Notes under the pieces: generated by a model | What the model was told of the DNA's origin: nothing | Seen by the model: only the letters and a program-made list of their open reading frames with translations | The model's database searches: none | Program-made: the position numbers and the translations under genes | Assembly (NCBI GenBank): GCA_965204375.1 | Contig: OZ241986.1 | Coordinates: forward strand, 1,184,001 to 1,248,000 | Source of the DNA: Candidatus Latescibacterota bacterium | GTDB lineage: Bacteria > Latescibacterota > UBA2968 | Direction: 5' to 3' | Length of the DNA stretch: 64,000 nt | Shown: positions 9,363-19,402 of the stretch, one piece after another | Layout: each line of letters opens with the position of its first letter | Position numbering within the stretch: position 1 is the first letter of the stretch

Positions 9363-11249
9363 ATGATGCGCCTCTATTCCCACCTGTTTCGTATTCTCTC
9401 TATCCTTCTCGGTCTTTTTATTCTGGTCGAAGTCAATTATCCGCAACTCTCGCCACAAGCCCAGCTTTCAGTTTTTGCCCTGCTGGGCTTGTGTCTTGTG
9501 TTTCTAAAATATCCGATCCATCCCAATAAATCCCTCCAGATCCTCGATCTTCTTTTTGTGCTGGTAGTTGTGTTCTGTTTTGGTTATGTGCTGACCCAGA
9601 CCGAATCCCTCTTTCAATTTTCCTGGCTCAATGGGCAATCTCTGGGGAATCGCGCAGGGCACGAACACGCGCTCGATCACGTTGTCGGCCTCATTGGCCT
9701 CATTCTGGTTCTCGAAGCCACCCGTCGCGCCATTGGTCTCACCCTGCCCCTGCTCGCACTCGCTTTTCTGATTTATGCCGCTTATGGATATATCCTGCCC
9801 GACTGGCTCTTTCCCCACCGCGGATATAACTGGGAGCGCATTGTCTCTCAGACCTATCTCCACTCTCAGGGCGTTTTTGGCATCGCGTTGAAAGTGATGT
9901 TTACTTACGTTTTTCTTTTTGTACTTTTTGGCACTGTGCTCGAAGAGACCGGCGCTACGGGATATATTCTGAATACAGCTCGGCGCATTTTTCGCCGTAG
10001 CACCGGGGGACCGGCCAAAGTGGCTGTTATTTCTTCGGGTATGATGGGGTCTCTTTCGGGCAGTGCTGTGGCCAATACGGCGACCACTGGTACGTTTACC
10101 ATTCCGCTGATGCGCTCAACGGGTTTTCGTCCAACTGTTGCTGGCGGCATTGAAGCCGCAGCGAGTTCGGGGGGTGCGCTCGTCCCGCCGATTATGGGGG
10201 CGGGGGCGTATATGATGCTCGAAATCGTCGAGCCGGCTGTCACGTATTTGGAAATTATCAAAGCGGCTCTGGTTCCGGCGATCCTCTATTACGCGGCTCT
10301 TTTGCTGATTGTCCATTTTCACGCCAAGCGCATTGGGGTGTCTGCAAGTGAGGGAGACGCCCCTGAGCGTCCTCCCAGATCCCGGGGGCTGGTATTTCTC
10401 GTCGCTTTCATCACACTTATTGTGTTTCTCATTCTGGGGTACACGCCTTTTCGCGCCGTGAGTATCGCTCTGCTTTTTGTCCTCATTGTCAGCGTATTTA
10501 GCCCCACAACGCGCGTTGGTCCCCGCGCTATGATCCGCGCATTGGAAAAGGCCGCACACGGCGGTGTTTCGCTTATTGCAGCGGCTTCATGTGTGGGTAT
10601 TATTATTGGTGTTGTGACGCTTACGGGTATTGGCACAAAACTTCCGAGCACTTTGTTGCCACTGGCGCAAAACAATATCATTCTGGCTTTGATTCTGCTG
10701 ATGGTCTCCACCATCATCCTGGGCATGGGCTTGCCTTCAGCCGTGTGTTATCTGCTTATGGCGACTCTGGTGGGACCCGTTCTTAGTGACCTCGGCATTG
10801 TGCCATTGGGAGCGCATCTGTTTATTTTTTATTTTGGCATGATGTCTATGGTTACGCCTCCGGTCGCGCTTGCTGCGTACACGGCTGCCGCGATTGCAAA
10901 GGCGAGTATTATGCAAACTGGCGTTACGGCTTTCCGCTTTGCCCTTGTGGGCTTTGCTTTGCCCTATGCCTTTGTTCTGCATCCAGAAATTTTGCTCTTG
11001 TCCTCTGATATTTCCGCTATAATCGCCAATATCCTCGTCGTCCTGCTCGGTATTTTACCTCTATCAGCCGCCGCGGCCGGGCATGCTTTTGCCCCTTTGC
11101 ACACTTATCAACGCGTCCTTTTACTCGCCGCTGCCCTCCTCTTATTCCTCACGCCATCGGGGGATGCCCGCCTCTATTTGCAGGGTATCGCACTGCTCAT
11201 CGCCGGTGTCATCGCGATCTCAAACTATCGGTCTGTTCATCAGGACTGA
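9363..11249 (+). CDS. TRAP transporter fused permease (4TM/12TM)
   Basis: GGPAKVAVISS, GSAVANTATTGTFTIPLM, PPIMGAGAY, GMGLP, TPPVALAAY. Confidence 0.92.
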   Translation: MMRLYSHLFRILSILLGLFILVEVNYPQLSPQAQLSVFALLGLCLVFLKYPIHPNKSLQILDLLFVLVVVFCFGYVLTQTESLFQFSWLNGQSLGNRAGHEHALDHVVGLIGLILVLEATRRAIGLTLPLLALAFLIYAAYGYILPDWLFPHRGYNWERIVSQTYLHSQGVFGIALKVMFTYVFLFVLFGTVLEETGATGYILNTARRIFRRSTGGPAKVAVISSGMMGSLSGSAVANTATTGTFTIPLMRSTGFRPTVAGGIEAAASSGGALVPPIMGAGAYMMLEIVEPAVTYLEIIKAALVPAILYYAALLLIVHFHAKRIGVSASEGDAPERPPRSRGLVFLVAFITLIVFLILGYTPFRAVSIALLFVLIVSVFSPTTRVGPRAMIRALEKAAHGGVSLIAAASCVGIIIGVVTLTGIGTKLPSTLLPLAQNNIILALILLMVSTIILGMGLPSAVCYLLMATLVGPVLSDLGIVPLGAHLFIFYFGMMSMVTPPVALAAYTAAAIAKASIMQTGVTAFRFALVGFALPYAFVLHPEILLLSSDISAIIANILVVLLGILPLSAAAAGHAFAPLHTYQRVLLLAAALLLFLTPSGDARLYLQGIALLIAGVIAISNYRSVHQD

Positions 11250-13507
11250 ATGGTCAGATATTCTGGTCCGGATGATAGAGAAAGAACGGTGCTTTCATCG
11301 GGAGACAGGTTGATTTGCGCGGTTGTATTTCTCGCAGAAAGTGCGATTTGATTTTCTGATACAGTCATCGAAAAGTCGGGATCGCTCTCTCCTGGACCGC
11401 GGACAGAGAAAATCGCGGCAATTCTGCAGCGTTCTACGCGCTCTGTCTCGGCTGTGAGATGCCATCGCTTTTCCGGCAATTCTTTATCGAGGGTTGGATA
11501 TCCTTTGTCTGGCGGTACGGGCCAGGCATTTGTCTGGCTGAGGCTAAGATTTGTTGAGCCAAAAAGCTGACCTTTTAATGATGCGCCCTTGCGGTTGGAT
11601 GTGACAGTCGTCGCATTGAGATCAAATTTTTCGAATGCGTGTAGCAACCACTGGAATGTCGATGCTTCGGGGGCTTCCAATTCATCGACGAGAATTAAAA
11701 TCGACGGGCGGATCATCACGAGATGTCGCCTGTATCGGTTCAACCGGTCTCCGTAAGCGTTTTCGGCTTCGCCGCAGACATAGCCAAACGGATGCGTGGT
11801 CTTAAAATCGATAATTTCGCCGCCGCGATTGCCATCCCGGTTGATCGCGCCTTCGCCATTGACGAGAACGCAGTTGTGTGAAATCGAGTGTTGTGCGTAT
11901 TCATTGTGAAATGGCGTGCCGTGATGCGGGAAGCGAAGGCCACCGGCGCAGATTAAAGCGCGTCCGCCTTTCATTATTGCAAAATCATTCTGGCTCGCAT
12001 GACCGTGACTCACGCCGCCAAAGGGCGATGAACGAAAGAGTACCATAAAATCACTGTCCGGGTGTTCGATGTCGCTGTGCAATGCGCCCCAGCCAACGCC
12101 TCGAAAGACGCGGTCTTGTGGAATCGAATCTTCTTCTGGTAGGATGGGTTTGTCTTCGAGCAGAATGCCCAGAAAGGGATCGATCTCTGCGGGCTGACCT
12201 TCAGGGTCGCGCACCTGATCCGCCCAGGCGCGCAGCCGGTGATTTTGCAATCTGAGACCCTGAAATTGAAGAAAGGTTCTGGCTTGTGAGGCGCGAACGG
12301 GTTGATCTTCGGTATCGCCAAATGGCATAAGCTCGCCAATTGGGGATACGACGTAATAAAAAAACCACGGCATGTTCTGATAATAGGGTTTGAGCCATAT
12401 ATCGTGTCCGGTTGCCAGTTTCCAGGCGTGAAAAGGCATTGCGTCCCGCGAGTTGTAAGACAGGCCATAGGGTACGCCCTGTGCCCAACCTCCTTCGTGT
12501 CCGGCCCAATGGGGAAAATTTGTCGCAATAAGTTTGAGTGCGTATTCCGCCCATGAAGGCGCGCGTTTGTCTTCAGCACATGCAATGGCGTGTTCGAGTA
12601 AAAAGCCGGGCAGGCGACCGTTGTGGCTCTCTTCGGGCGTGAATGTATAATCGTGTTTCTCCAGTCTGCGAATCATCTGATCTGCCCGCGCGCCGAGCAT
12701 GCGCGCGACGAGTTCACGTTCGTCTTTGGTGAAAATATCGTAGATCCAGTCATAGACTTCTGCGCCCGCTCTGAGCAATCCGAGGCCGACTTCGTCGCCA
12801 TAAGGCGCGAGAATAGAGGATATGCCCTCCACATCCCACTGCGCGGCGTCAACAATAAAGCGCCGTGCGGCTTCGCCATATCGCTTTTCTCCAGTGAGTA
12901 AATAAAAAAGGGCGAGTGTTCGCATGCCACCGTCGTGATATTTTCGCATGGTTCCGAAACACTCGACATAAGCCAACCTGCGTTCGGCGGGGTCTTCAAT
13001 CTGGTCGTATGTCGGCTCTGGTGGTAGTTCGAGTGTGAGTGCGTGGTCAGCGTCTTTTTTCAGGGCTTCATAAGCTTCGGATCGGGTGGATGTTAGCGTA
13101 CGGCGTACATCTTCCAGGTCAGATGCCAGAAAGAAGAGCCGCGGGCGTTCTTTTGGGACGTTCGCCAACAGTGAAGCGACGTCTGGGTGAGGTTGTTCGG
13201 CAGCGCAATCAGCAATCTCAAAAGAACGGCTTTCCGAGCGCGCTTGAACCGCGCCAGCTACAATGGCCTGTACATGCCAGTCGTATGTTCCGGTCGCAAA
13301 AACGCGATCTGGATGGTGTATGGGATCGGAGAGCAGTGAAGATTCGTAGTAGGGTTTTCCTTCGCGTGTGACAATTACGCGATATTGACATGCATCCCGA
13401 TCAGCAGCCCGCCACCAGCTAAAGCCGGGGGGCGAGAGTGTGAGCGTTTCACCGTCGAGTGGATGAATATAATTGGCGCGCGGCGGACGAATGGATGGAA
13501 ATTTCAT
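11240..13507 (-). CDS. DUF4962 / heparinase II/III-like oligosaccharide lyase (no signal peptide)
   Basis: ESHN, GGWAQGVPY, PFGD, HGHASQNDF, SHNCVLVNG motifs. Confidence 0.8.
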   Translation of the reverse strand: MKFPSIRPPRANYIHPLDGETLTLSPPGFSWWRAADRDACQYRVIVTREGKPYYESSLLSDPIHHPDRVFATGTYDWHVQAIVAGAVQARSESRSFEIADCAAEQPHPDVASLLANVPKERPRLFFLASDLEDVRRTLTSTRSEAYEALKKDADHALTLELPPEPTYDQIEDPAERRLAYVECFGTMRKYHDGGMRTLALFYLLTGEKRYGEAARRFIVDAAQWDVEGISSILAPYGDEVGLGLLRAGAEVYDWIYDIFTKDERELVARMLGARADQMIRRLEKHDYTFTPEESHNGRLPGFLLEHAIACAEDKRAPSWAEYALKLIATNFPHWAGHEGGWAQGVPYGLSYNSRDAMPFHAWKLATGHDIWLKPYYQNMPWFFYYVVSPIGELMPFGDTEDQPVRASQARTFLQFQGLRLQNHRLRAWADQVRDPEGQPAEIDPFLGILLEDKPILPEEDSIPQDRVFRGVGWGALHSDIEHPDSDFMVLFRSSPFGGVSHGHASQNDFAIMKGGRALICAGGLRFPHHGTPFHNEYAQHSISHNCVLVNGEGAINRDGNRGGEIIDFKTTHPFGYVCGEAENAYGDRLNRYRRHLVMIRPSILILVDELEAPEASTFQWLLHAFEKFDLNATTVTSNRKGASLKGQLFGSTNLSLSQTNAWPVPPDKGYPTLDKELPEKRWHLTAETERVERCRIAAIFSVRGPGESDPDFSMTVSENQIALSARNTTAQINLSPDESTVLSLSSGPEYLTIQS

Positions 13508-13527
13508 ATTTGGTGTCCTTTCTGTTT

Positions 13528-14688
13528 CTAAGACCACATCACTGTGCCATCGGGCAGGTGTTTTAATATTTCTTCTTCGTCTAATTCAATGCCCAGTCCG
13601 GGACCTTCTGGCACGGTGATATATCCATTTTGAATCGGATTTTTGATATTCAACATCGTTGACCAGAGCGGGATATTGGCCGAGTGATATTCCAGAGCGA
13701 GGAAATTGGGTATGGTGGAGCAGATGTGTACAGCGGCTATACCTGCTACTGTGCTCGCCATATAATGCGGCGCGATCGACATGTGATACATTTCTGCCAG
13801 TTCTGAGATGCGCCGCGTTTCTATGGCACCGCCACTGCGCGGTATGTCGGGTTCGAGCAGGTCGCACGCACCTTTTTCCATGAGTTCCCGAAATAGCTTT
13901 GCGCCGTAAAAGATTTCGCCGGTGCAAATCGGCGTTTCTGTTTGCATACAAATTTTTGCCAGGGCATCTACGTTACCCCATTCCCATCGGATCGGGTCTT
14001 CCAACCACAATAAGTCGAGGTGTTCCACATCTTTGCATATCCGCAGACCATCAACCGCGTTAAACGATCCGTGCAGATCTATCGATAAATCGATATACGG
14101 CCCGATTGCATCGCGCAACGCTTCAATTGTCGTCACGATATGTTCGTGTTGTCGTCGTCCGACAGACCGATCGTACACATCCATTTTCCAGGGGTTGGGC
14201 ACGTCCAGGTCGAATTTTAAGGCTGTAAATCCTTCGGCAACGCGCTCTTTTGCCCGCGCTACATAGCTCGATGTTTCATATACGGGGTCTAATTCACCCG
14301 ATGCCCGGACTTCATCCCAGCGTCGATTATAGTCTTCTGGTGTCCAGTACGCGCCCGAATGGCAATCGCAATACATTCGCACTTTGTCGCGCAGCTTGCC
14401 TCCGAGGAGATCGCACATTGGTACGCCCAGTGCTTTGCCTTTAATATCCCAGAGTGCGATTTCTACGCCTGCGCCCGCGCCCTGCATACGCCACAGGTGA
14501 TCGTGATGTAATTGGTTTACATTGGTTGGGTCTTTTCCTATTAGCGTATTCTTTAGTTGATCAACCGATTGTCCTCCGCGCCATTCCCCCAATCCTTCAA
14601 TGCCTTCGTCTGTGATGATTTTCAATAACGACCAGTGCCGGCATGCAGCCCCCAAGGAGGGCGTTTTTTTTATATCTACGATTTTCAT
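13528..14688 (-). CDS. Mandelate racemase/enolase-superfamily dehydratase (sugar-acid type)
   Basis: EIALWDIKGK, KFD, metal ligands in DLH, EDP and GE, PGLGIELD. Confidence 0.88.
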   Translation of the reverse strand: MKIVDIKKTPSLGAACRHWSLLKIITDEGIEGLGEWRGGQSVDQLKNTLIGKDPTNVNQLHHDHLWRMQGAGAGVEIALWDIKGKALGVPMCDLLGGKLRDKVRMYCDCHSGAYWTPEDYNRRWDEVRASGELDPVYETSSYVARAKERVAEGFTALKFDLDVPNPWKMDVYDRSVGRRQHEHIVTTIEALRDAIGPYIDLSIDLHGSFNAVDGLRICKDVEHLDLLWLEDPIRWEWGNVDALAKICMQTETPICTGEIFYGAKLFRELMEKGACDLLEPDIPRSGGAIETRRISELAEMYHMSIAPHYMASTVAGIAAVHICSTIPNFLALEYHSANIPLWSTMLNIKNPIQNGYITVPEGPGLGIELDEEEILKHLPDGTVMWS

Positions 14689-14702
14689 GTTACCTCCTCA
14701 TA

Positions 14703-16103
14703 TTAGTATCCCCAAATTCGTTTTTTCGGTCGCTCCATTTCGATTAGCCGTTTGATCAATAGATGCCGATGTTCTATCAGTGCATTTGTGTGGTCTGGCT
14801 CTTGCGATACATCGCGGTATTCGCCCCATTCGGCGTTCAGGTCATAGAGAAATTCCTGTCCGTCATCATGCGCGATATAGCGATAGTTTTCAGACCGTAT
14901 CATTTTCCAGCCCGTGGCTTCCATCAATGCGACTGATTTGTCTGGATCTCTGCCCCCGCTGAAAACGGGATATAGCGATTGGCCCTGTAAATGGGGTGGG
15001 AGGGGTACACCGCAGGCTTCGAGCAAGGTGGGGAGTACATCGACGCCTTCGACGAGGCTCGATACGCGACGTCCGCCTTCTTTGCCGGGGATGCGCATCA
15101 GCAAGGGGACGCGACTCACGCAATCGTGCCCCGGATAGCCTTTGCCATAGCGCAAGTGTTCGCCCAGCCATTCGCCGTGATCGGATGTGAAGATTACGAT
15201 TGTTTCATCTGCAATGCCCAATTCGTCCAGTGCGTCTAACATGCGGCCCACATGGTGATCGACTTCGCTGACCATGCCGTAATATCCCTGTCGCACGAGG
15301 CGAAGCTCGCAATCGCTGTAGTGATTCTCATTGCGTTTTTCATCGGTTTCTGGCGGGAAGGATGGCAAGGTAATTTGATCGGGATCGTACAGGTCCAGAA
15401 AACGCTGTGGCGCGACCCAGGGCGAATGCGGGGAGTAAATTCCCGCGATGCACAAAAATGGATGGCCTTCATTCGCGCGTTCCGCCATATATTGAATGGA
15501 TCGGCTCGCCACCCACGCCGTGTGTGTGTATTCATCTTTTCCGCGAAAGGGGATGGGATGTTTGGGAAATCGCTCATCGGGGTGATGCACGCCGTCTTTT
15601 TCGCCCATTATCTGATGCCAGCGCTCTGCCAATGGCGGCAATCCGAGGCTCAAATGGTCGAGTTGGTCTGGTGCTTCCATGCGTACCCAGGCGCGATAAG
15701 CGTCTTCGTAACAGCCGGGTTCGTCACTGATCTCCAGATGGTCAAATCCATAATCGGGATGTACTTCGCGGTGGTCTCGGTTGGCGTGTGGCAAAAAGTG
15801 CAATTTGCCGATATTTGCCGAGTGATATCCCGAATTGTGCAGCAATTTGGGCAATGTCACAAAGTCTTCGGGCACGGGTACACCCATGTGCGTAATGCCG
15901 AGTGTGGAGGGATATTGTCCGGTCAAAAAGCTCACCCGACTGGGCATGCACACGGGGTTCTGGACAAAGTAGTGGTCGAAGTTTATACCCTCGTTTGCCA
16001 GACGATCCAGATTTGGCGTCTGAATATCGGTGTTTCCATTTATTCCCATGGCATCCCACCGCTGTTGGTCGGTGTAAATCAATAAGATATTCGGTCGTTT
16101 CAT
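14703..16103 (-). CDS. Sulfatase (Cys-type, formylglycine-dependent)
   Basis: PNILLIYTDQQR, CMPSR, GKLH, SDHG; start at ATG 16103. Confidence 0.93.
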   Translation of the reverse strand: MKRPNILLIYTDQQRWDAMGINGNTDIQTPNLDRLANEGINFDHYFVQNPVCMPSRVSFLTGQYPSTLGITHMGVPVPEDFVTLPKLLHNSGYHSANIGKLHFLPHANRDHREVHPDYGFDHLEISDEPGCYEDAYRAWVRMEAPDQLDHLSLGLPPLAERWHQIMGEKDGVHHPDERFPKHPIPFRGKDEYTHTAWVASRSIQYMAERANEGHPFLCIAGIYSPHSPWVAPQRFLDLYDPDQITLPSFPPETDEKRNENHYSDCELRLVRQGYYGMVSEVDHHVGRMLDALDELGIADETIVIFTSDHGEWLGEHLRYGKGYPGHDCVSRVPLLMRIPGKEGGRRVSSLVEGVDVLPTLLEACGVPLPPHLQGQSLYPVFSGGRDPDKSVALMEATGWKMIRSENYRYIAHDDGQEFLYDLNAEWGEYRDVSQEPDHTNALIEHRHLLIKRLIEMERPKKRIWGY

Positions 16104-16251
16104 ATTGTTCCTTTCTTTTGTGTGATAAGGTCGTCCATAATACCCAAATTTGCCGCCAAAATCCACTGCCTTTTCCCTTGACATACCGTCCTATTTCGCC
16201 TTTTTTGGTGTGACTTTGACGGACTTTTATTACTGATTATAGGAGATTTCA

Positions 16252-17541
16252 ATGCATTATAAAACACCGATTACCGATGTTCAGATTGAAGCCAATTTCG
16301 AGCACGCTGCCGAACAGTACGCCGCTTTCGGCGTGGATATTGAACGGGCTGTGGATAGGGCACTCGAAGTGCCGATCTCGCTCCATTGCTGGCAGGGTGA
16401 CGATGTGGCGGGTTTTGAAGTCAAAGACGAGGCTGTTGAAGGCGGCGGCATTATGGCTACGGGCAATTATCCCGGTCGCGCGCGCAATGGAGATGAGCTT
16501 CGTCGGGACCTGAAAAAAGTGGTTGATCTGTTGCCCGGGCCACACAGGGCAAATATCCACGCTTCTTATGGTGATACGAGTGGCAAGGTCGTCGATCGCG
16601 ATGCCCTGGAGCCTGAGCACTTTGCGGAGTGGGTTGATTGGGCAAGAGCGTATGATATCGGTATTGATTTTAATCCCACTTATTTTGCGCATCCCAAAGC
16701 CAATGATGGTTTTACCCTGAGCCATCCCGATAAGAGTATTCGCGATTTTTGGATTCAACACGGTATTGCGAGCCGCCGCATCTCTGAAGCCATTGGGAAA
16801 GCACTGGGGGATGAGGTTGTCAACAACCACTGGATTCCCGATGGCGCCAAAGACCATCCCGCTGATCGATGGACGCCCCGCGAGCGGCTGGTGGAAGCAT
16901 TGGATACTGTCTTTGACGATGGTCTGGGCATCGGTCCCGAATGCGTCGATGCGGTTGAAGGCAAGCTCTTTGGATTGGGTATGGAAGACTATACGGTTGG
17001 GTCCAATGATTTTTACGCCAATTATGCGCTGACCCGGGACGTACTCCTCTGTCTCGATATGGGGCATTTTCATCCGACTGAGTCGATTGCCGATAAGCTC
17101 TCGGCGCATTTTGCTTTCCACGACAAGTTGCTCATTCACACGAGCCGTCCCATTCGCTGGGACTCGGATCACGTCGTTCTCTTTAGCGATGATGTGCGCT
17201 ATGTTTTTCTCGAGCTCGCCCGCCACAATGCGATTGATCGCATGTATCTCGCGCTCGATTTCTTCGATGCGAGCATCAATCGCATCGCGGCTTATGTTAT
17301 TGGCACGCGCGCCACGCGCAAAGCCCTCCTCTATGGCCTCGTTGATCCGACTGATCGCCTGCGCCAACTCGAAGCCGAAGGCAAACTCGCGCAAAAACTC
17401 GCGCTGATGGAAGATATGAAGACGATGCCATTTTCCGCTGTGTGGGATATGTGCTGCCTCAAAGCCAATGTGCCTATCGGTGCTTCCTGGCTGGATGAGA
17501 TAGAGACTTATGAGCGCGATGTGTTGTCGCAACGCGATTGA
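16252..17541 (+). CDS. rhaA: L-rhamnose isomerase
   Basis: ISLHCWQGDDVAGFE, DFNPTYFAHP, NHWIPDG, DMGHFHPTE, HTSRPIRWDSDHVV, LDFFDASINR. Confidence 0.95.
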   Translation: MHYKTPITDVQIEANFEHAAEQYAAFGVDIERAVDRALEVPISLHCWQGDDVAGFEVKDEAVEGGGIMATGNYPGRARNGDELRRDLKKVVDLLPGPHRANIHASYGDTSGKVVDRDALEPEHFAEWVDWARAYDIGIDFNPTYFAHPKANDGFTLSHPDKSIRDFWIQHGIASRRISEAIGKALGDEVVNNHWIPDGAKDHPADRWTPRERLVEALDTVFDDGLGIGPECVDAVEGKLFGLGMEDYTVGSNDFYANYALTRDVLLCLDMGHFHPTESIADKLSAHFAFHDKLLIHTSRPIRWDSDHVVLFSDDVRYVFLELARHNAIDRMYLALDFFDASINRIAAYVIGTRATRKALLYGLVDPTDRLRQLEAEGKLAQKLALMEDMKTMPFSAVWDMCCLKANVPIGASWLDEIETYERDVLSQRD

Positions 17542-17567
17542 GAATGCAAATAACGAAATAAAAACAT

Positions 17568-17608
17568 AAAACGGCTGCCAGATTGATCTGACGGCCGTTT
17601 TTCATTTT
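17568..17608 (+). terminator. Intrinsic terminator after rhaA (possibly bidirectional)
   Basis: aaaacggctgcca-gattgatc-tgacggccgtttt followed by a T-rich tail. Confidence 0.7.
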
Positions 17609-17700
17609 GTGTTATTTTATTGATTTAATTAATCAACCTCCAGGTATTTATCTGCGTAAAACGCTCAAATTACTCGCGTTTTTTCTGCGTTATCTGCGGA

Positions 17701-18555
17701 TCAAATCGTCAATGTCACGAAATCCTTTTTTACGATCTCTTTTTCATAAGTATAGGATTGTGTCTCGAGAAGCTCCCGCGTTTCAGGTGAAAGCCGCGCC
17801 AGTACTGAATCGGGAAATTCGTGGATTTGTCGGTGATATTGCGGGCGGTATCTGAGAATGAAGAAACGGCGATCCCGATCCTTGGGTTGCCAGGCCATTG
17901 CCCCATGTGTCATCAATTCTGTGGTTACGACAATATCACCGGCTCGAGCTGTGATATTCGCCACGCCGAGGGGTACATCTTTTTCGATCCATCCGTCGTT
18001 GAATACATCGGGTGGACGCTTAAAATCGCTTTTGTGCGATCCCGGTACGAGCAGCAATCCGCCATCTCCGGGCAAGACATCGGTCAGATAGATAAATACC
18101 ACCAGATCGTCGCAATAAATTTTGCCATCGTCGCAGCTATATCGGCAACTATAGGGACCAAAACTCTCGCGCGAACAATGCAACCGGTGAACGGGGTCTT
18201 TAGCCGTATTGATCCGCACTTCACCGCTGTTTAGCCTCGGGCGTCGGCCAGATACTTCCAGTACAATGGGCCAGAATGAACGGTGAAAGACCAACGATTC
18301 CAGTACTTTGTCAAAAGCAAAAGCGTATTTGAATTGTGTGCGATTTTTGTCAAATAATGAGGTTGAACGCCCAAATCCTTCGGGCAGTTCATCGTCTGAG
18401 GCATTTACGTACCGATTTATAGCCCGTTGTGCGGCTTTCAGTTCTGTTCGTTTAAGTGCTTGTTCCAGATGCAGATATCCCATCATATCGAATAAATAGC
18501 GTTGTGCATCTGTCATCATGATGACCTCCGGTAGTAGCTGTTCACCCATAAGCAC
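17701..18555 (-). CDS. PhyH-family Fe(II)/2OG oxygenase with a non-canonical iron motif
   Basis: YLFDMMGYL, YLTDV...GGLLLVPGSHK, AGD, THG...R; the HxD position reads HCS. Confidence 0.8.
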   Translation of the reverse strand: MLMGEQLLPEVIMMTDAQRYLFDMMGYLHLEQALKRTELKAAQRAINRYVNASDDELPEGFGRSTSLFDKNRTQFKYAFAFDKVLESLVFHRSFWPIVLEVSGRRPRLNSGEVRINTAKDPVHRLHCSRESFGPYSCRYSCDDGKIYCDDLVVFIYLTDVLPGDGGLLLVPGSHKSDFKRPPDVFNDGWIEKDVPLGVANITARAGDIVVTTELMTHGAMAWQPKDRDRRFFILRYRPQYHRQIHEFPDSVLARLSPETRELLETQSYTYEKEIVKKDFVTLTI

Positions 18556-19390
18556 CGTGGTCTAAGAATCCGACGAGGCGTTTGAGCCTGGGATTTGCAT
18601 TGCGATAGATATGCTCGGGCATGGTGTAGTTCATAAAGGGATAGTATTTGTGGCCAATGAGCCGTCTGCCATAGGTGATTTGCGTGATGTAGCGGCTGCG
18701 ATTGCTCTGATTTGGCCCCCCTCTGTGCCAGACCTGATTGTTGAACATGATGACGCTACCGGCTTTGCCGAGGTTATAATGCACTTTGTCCTGCCATTTT
18801 TTCCAGGCATCAGTATTGAAAACCTGACGCGGGCTTTCACCAATGAGATGTGAGCCTGGGATGACTTCTGTGCCGCCATGTTCGATTTTCGTCACATCGG
18901 TGAGATAATAATTGCAGGTGAATACGAGTACGGGAAGGTGGATATTTGTCGGTGGCTTGCCATCGGTGACAACATAATGCGGGGCGTCGTCCTGATGCCA
19001 GGTGGTGAGGCCTCCGCCGGGGGGCGTGATGAAGGAGTTGTTGTGTATGACGTGACAATTTGCTTCAACAAGGGCTTCGGCAAAGCTGACGATGGGTTCG
19101 AGGTCAAACAGGTTGAGGTTGGCCTGGCTGTGCTCAAACATGCGATGGCACAGGCGGTGGCTGGCTTTGGAGCTTTGCGGATTGAGCTTGCCATTGGGGT
19201 CTTTATCTCGGCTGGTAAAATGTGCGAGAGACCAGTCGAGGTCCGCTTGGAGTTGTGCGATGTGTTCTTCTTTTAAGACATCTTCGAGAAATAGAAATCC
19301 GTCTCTGTGAAATTGTTCTACCCATTCGGAAATTTGATCAGCATCGAGCGGATAGTTGGATTCAAAGCGCTGATTTTGTGGTTTCATCAT
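18542..19390 (-). CDS. Phytanoyl-CoA dioxygenase (PhyH) family protein
   Basis: FHRDGF, WHQDD, YLTDV, IPGSH, WHRGGPN.SNRSR. Confidence 0.88.
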   Translation of the reverse strand: MMKPQNQRFESNYPLDADQISEWVEQFHRDGFLFLEDVLKEEHIAQLQADLDWSLAHFTSRDKDPNGKLNPQSSKASHRLCHRMFEHSQANLNLFDLEPIVSFAEALVEANCHVIHNNSFITPPGGGLTTWHQDDAPHYVVTDGKPPTNIHLPVLVFTCNYYLTDVTKIEHGGTEVIPGSHLIGESPRQVFNTDAWKKWQDKVHYNLGKAGSVIMFNNQVWHRGGPNQSNRSRYITQITYGRRLIGHKYYPFMNYTMPEHIYRNANPRLKRLVGFLDHGAYG

Positions 19391-19402
19391 GGCCTCTATC
19401 GG

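Noticed and set aside
16249-17532. 427-aa antisense ORF over rhaA
   Set aside because: Codon-aligned shadow of a well-conserved gene, with no recognisable motifs
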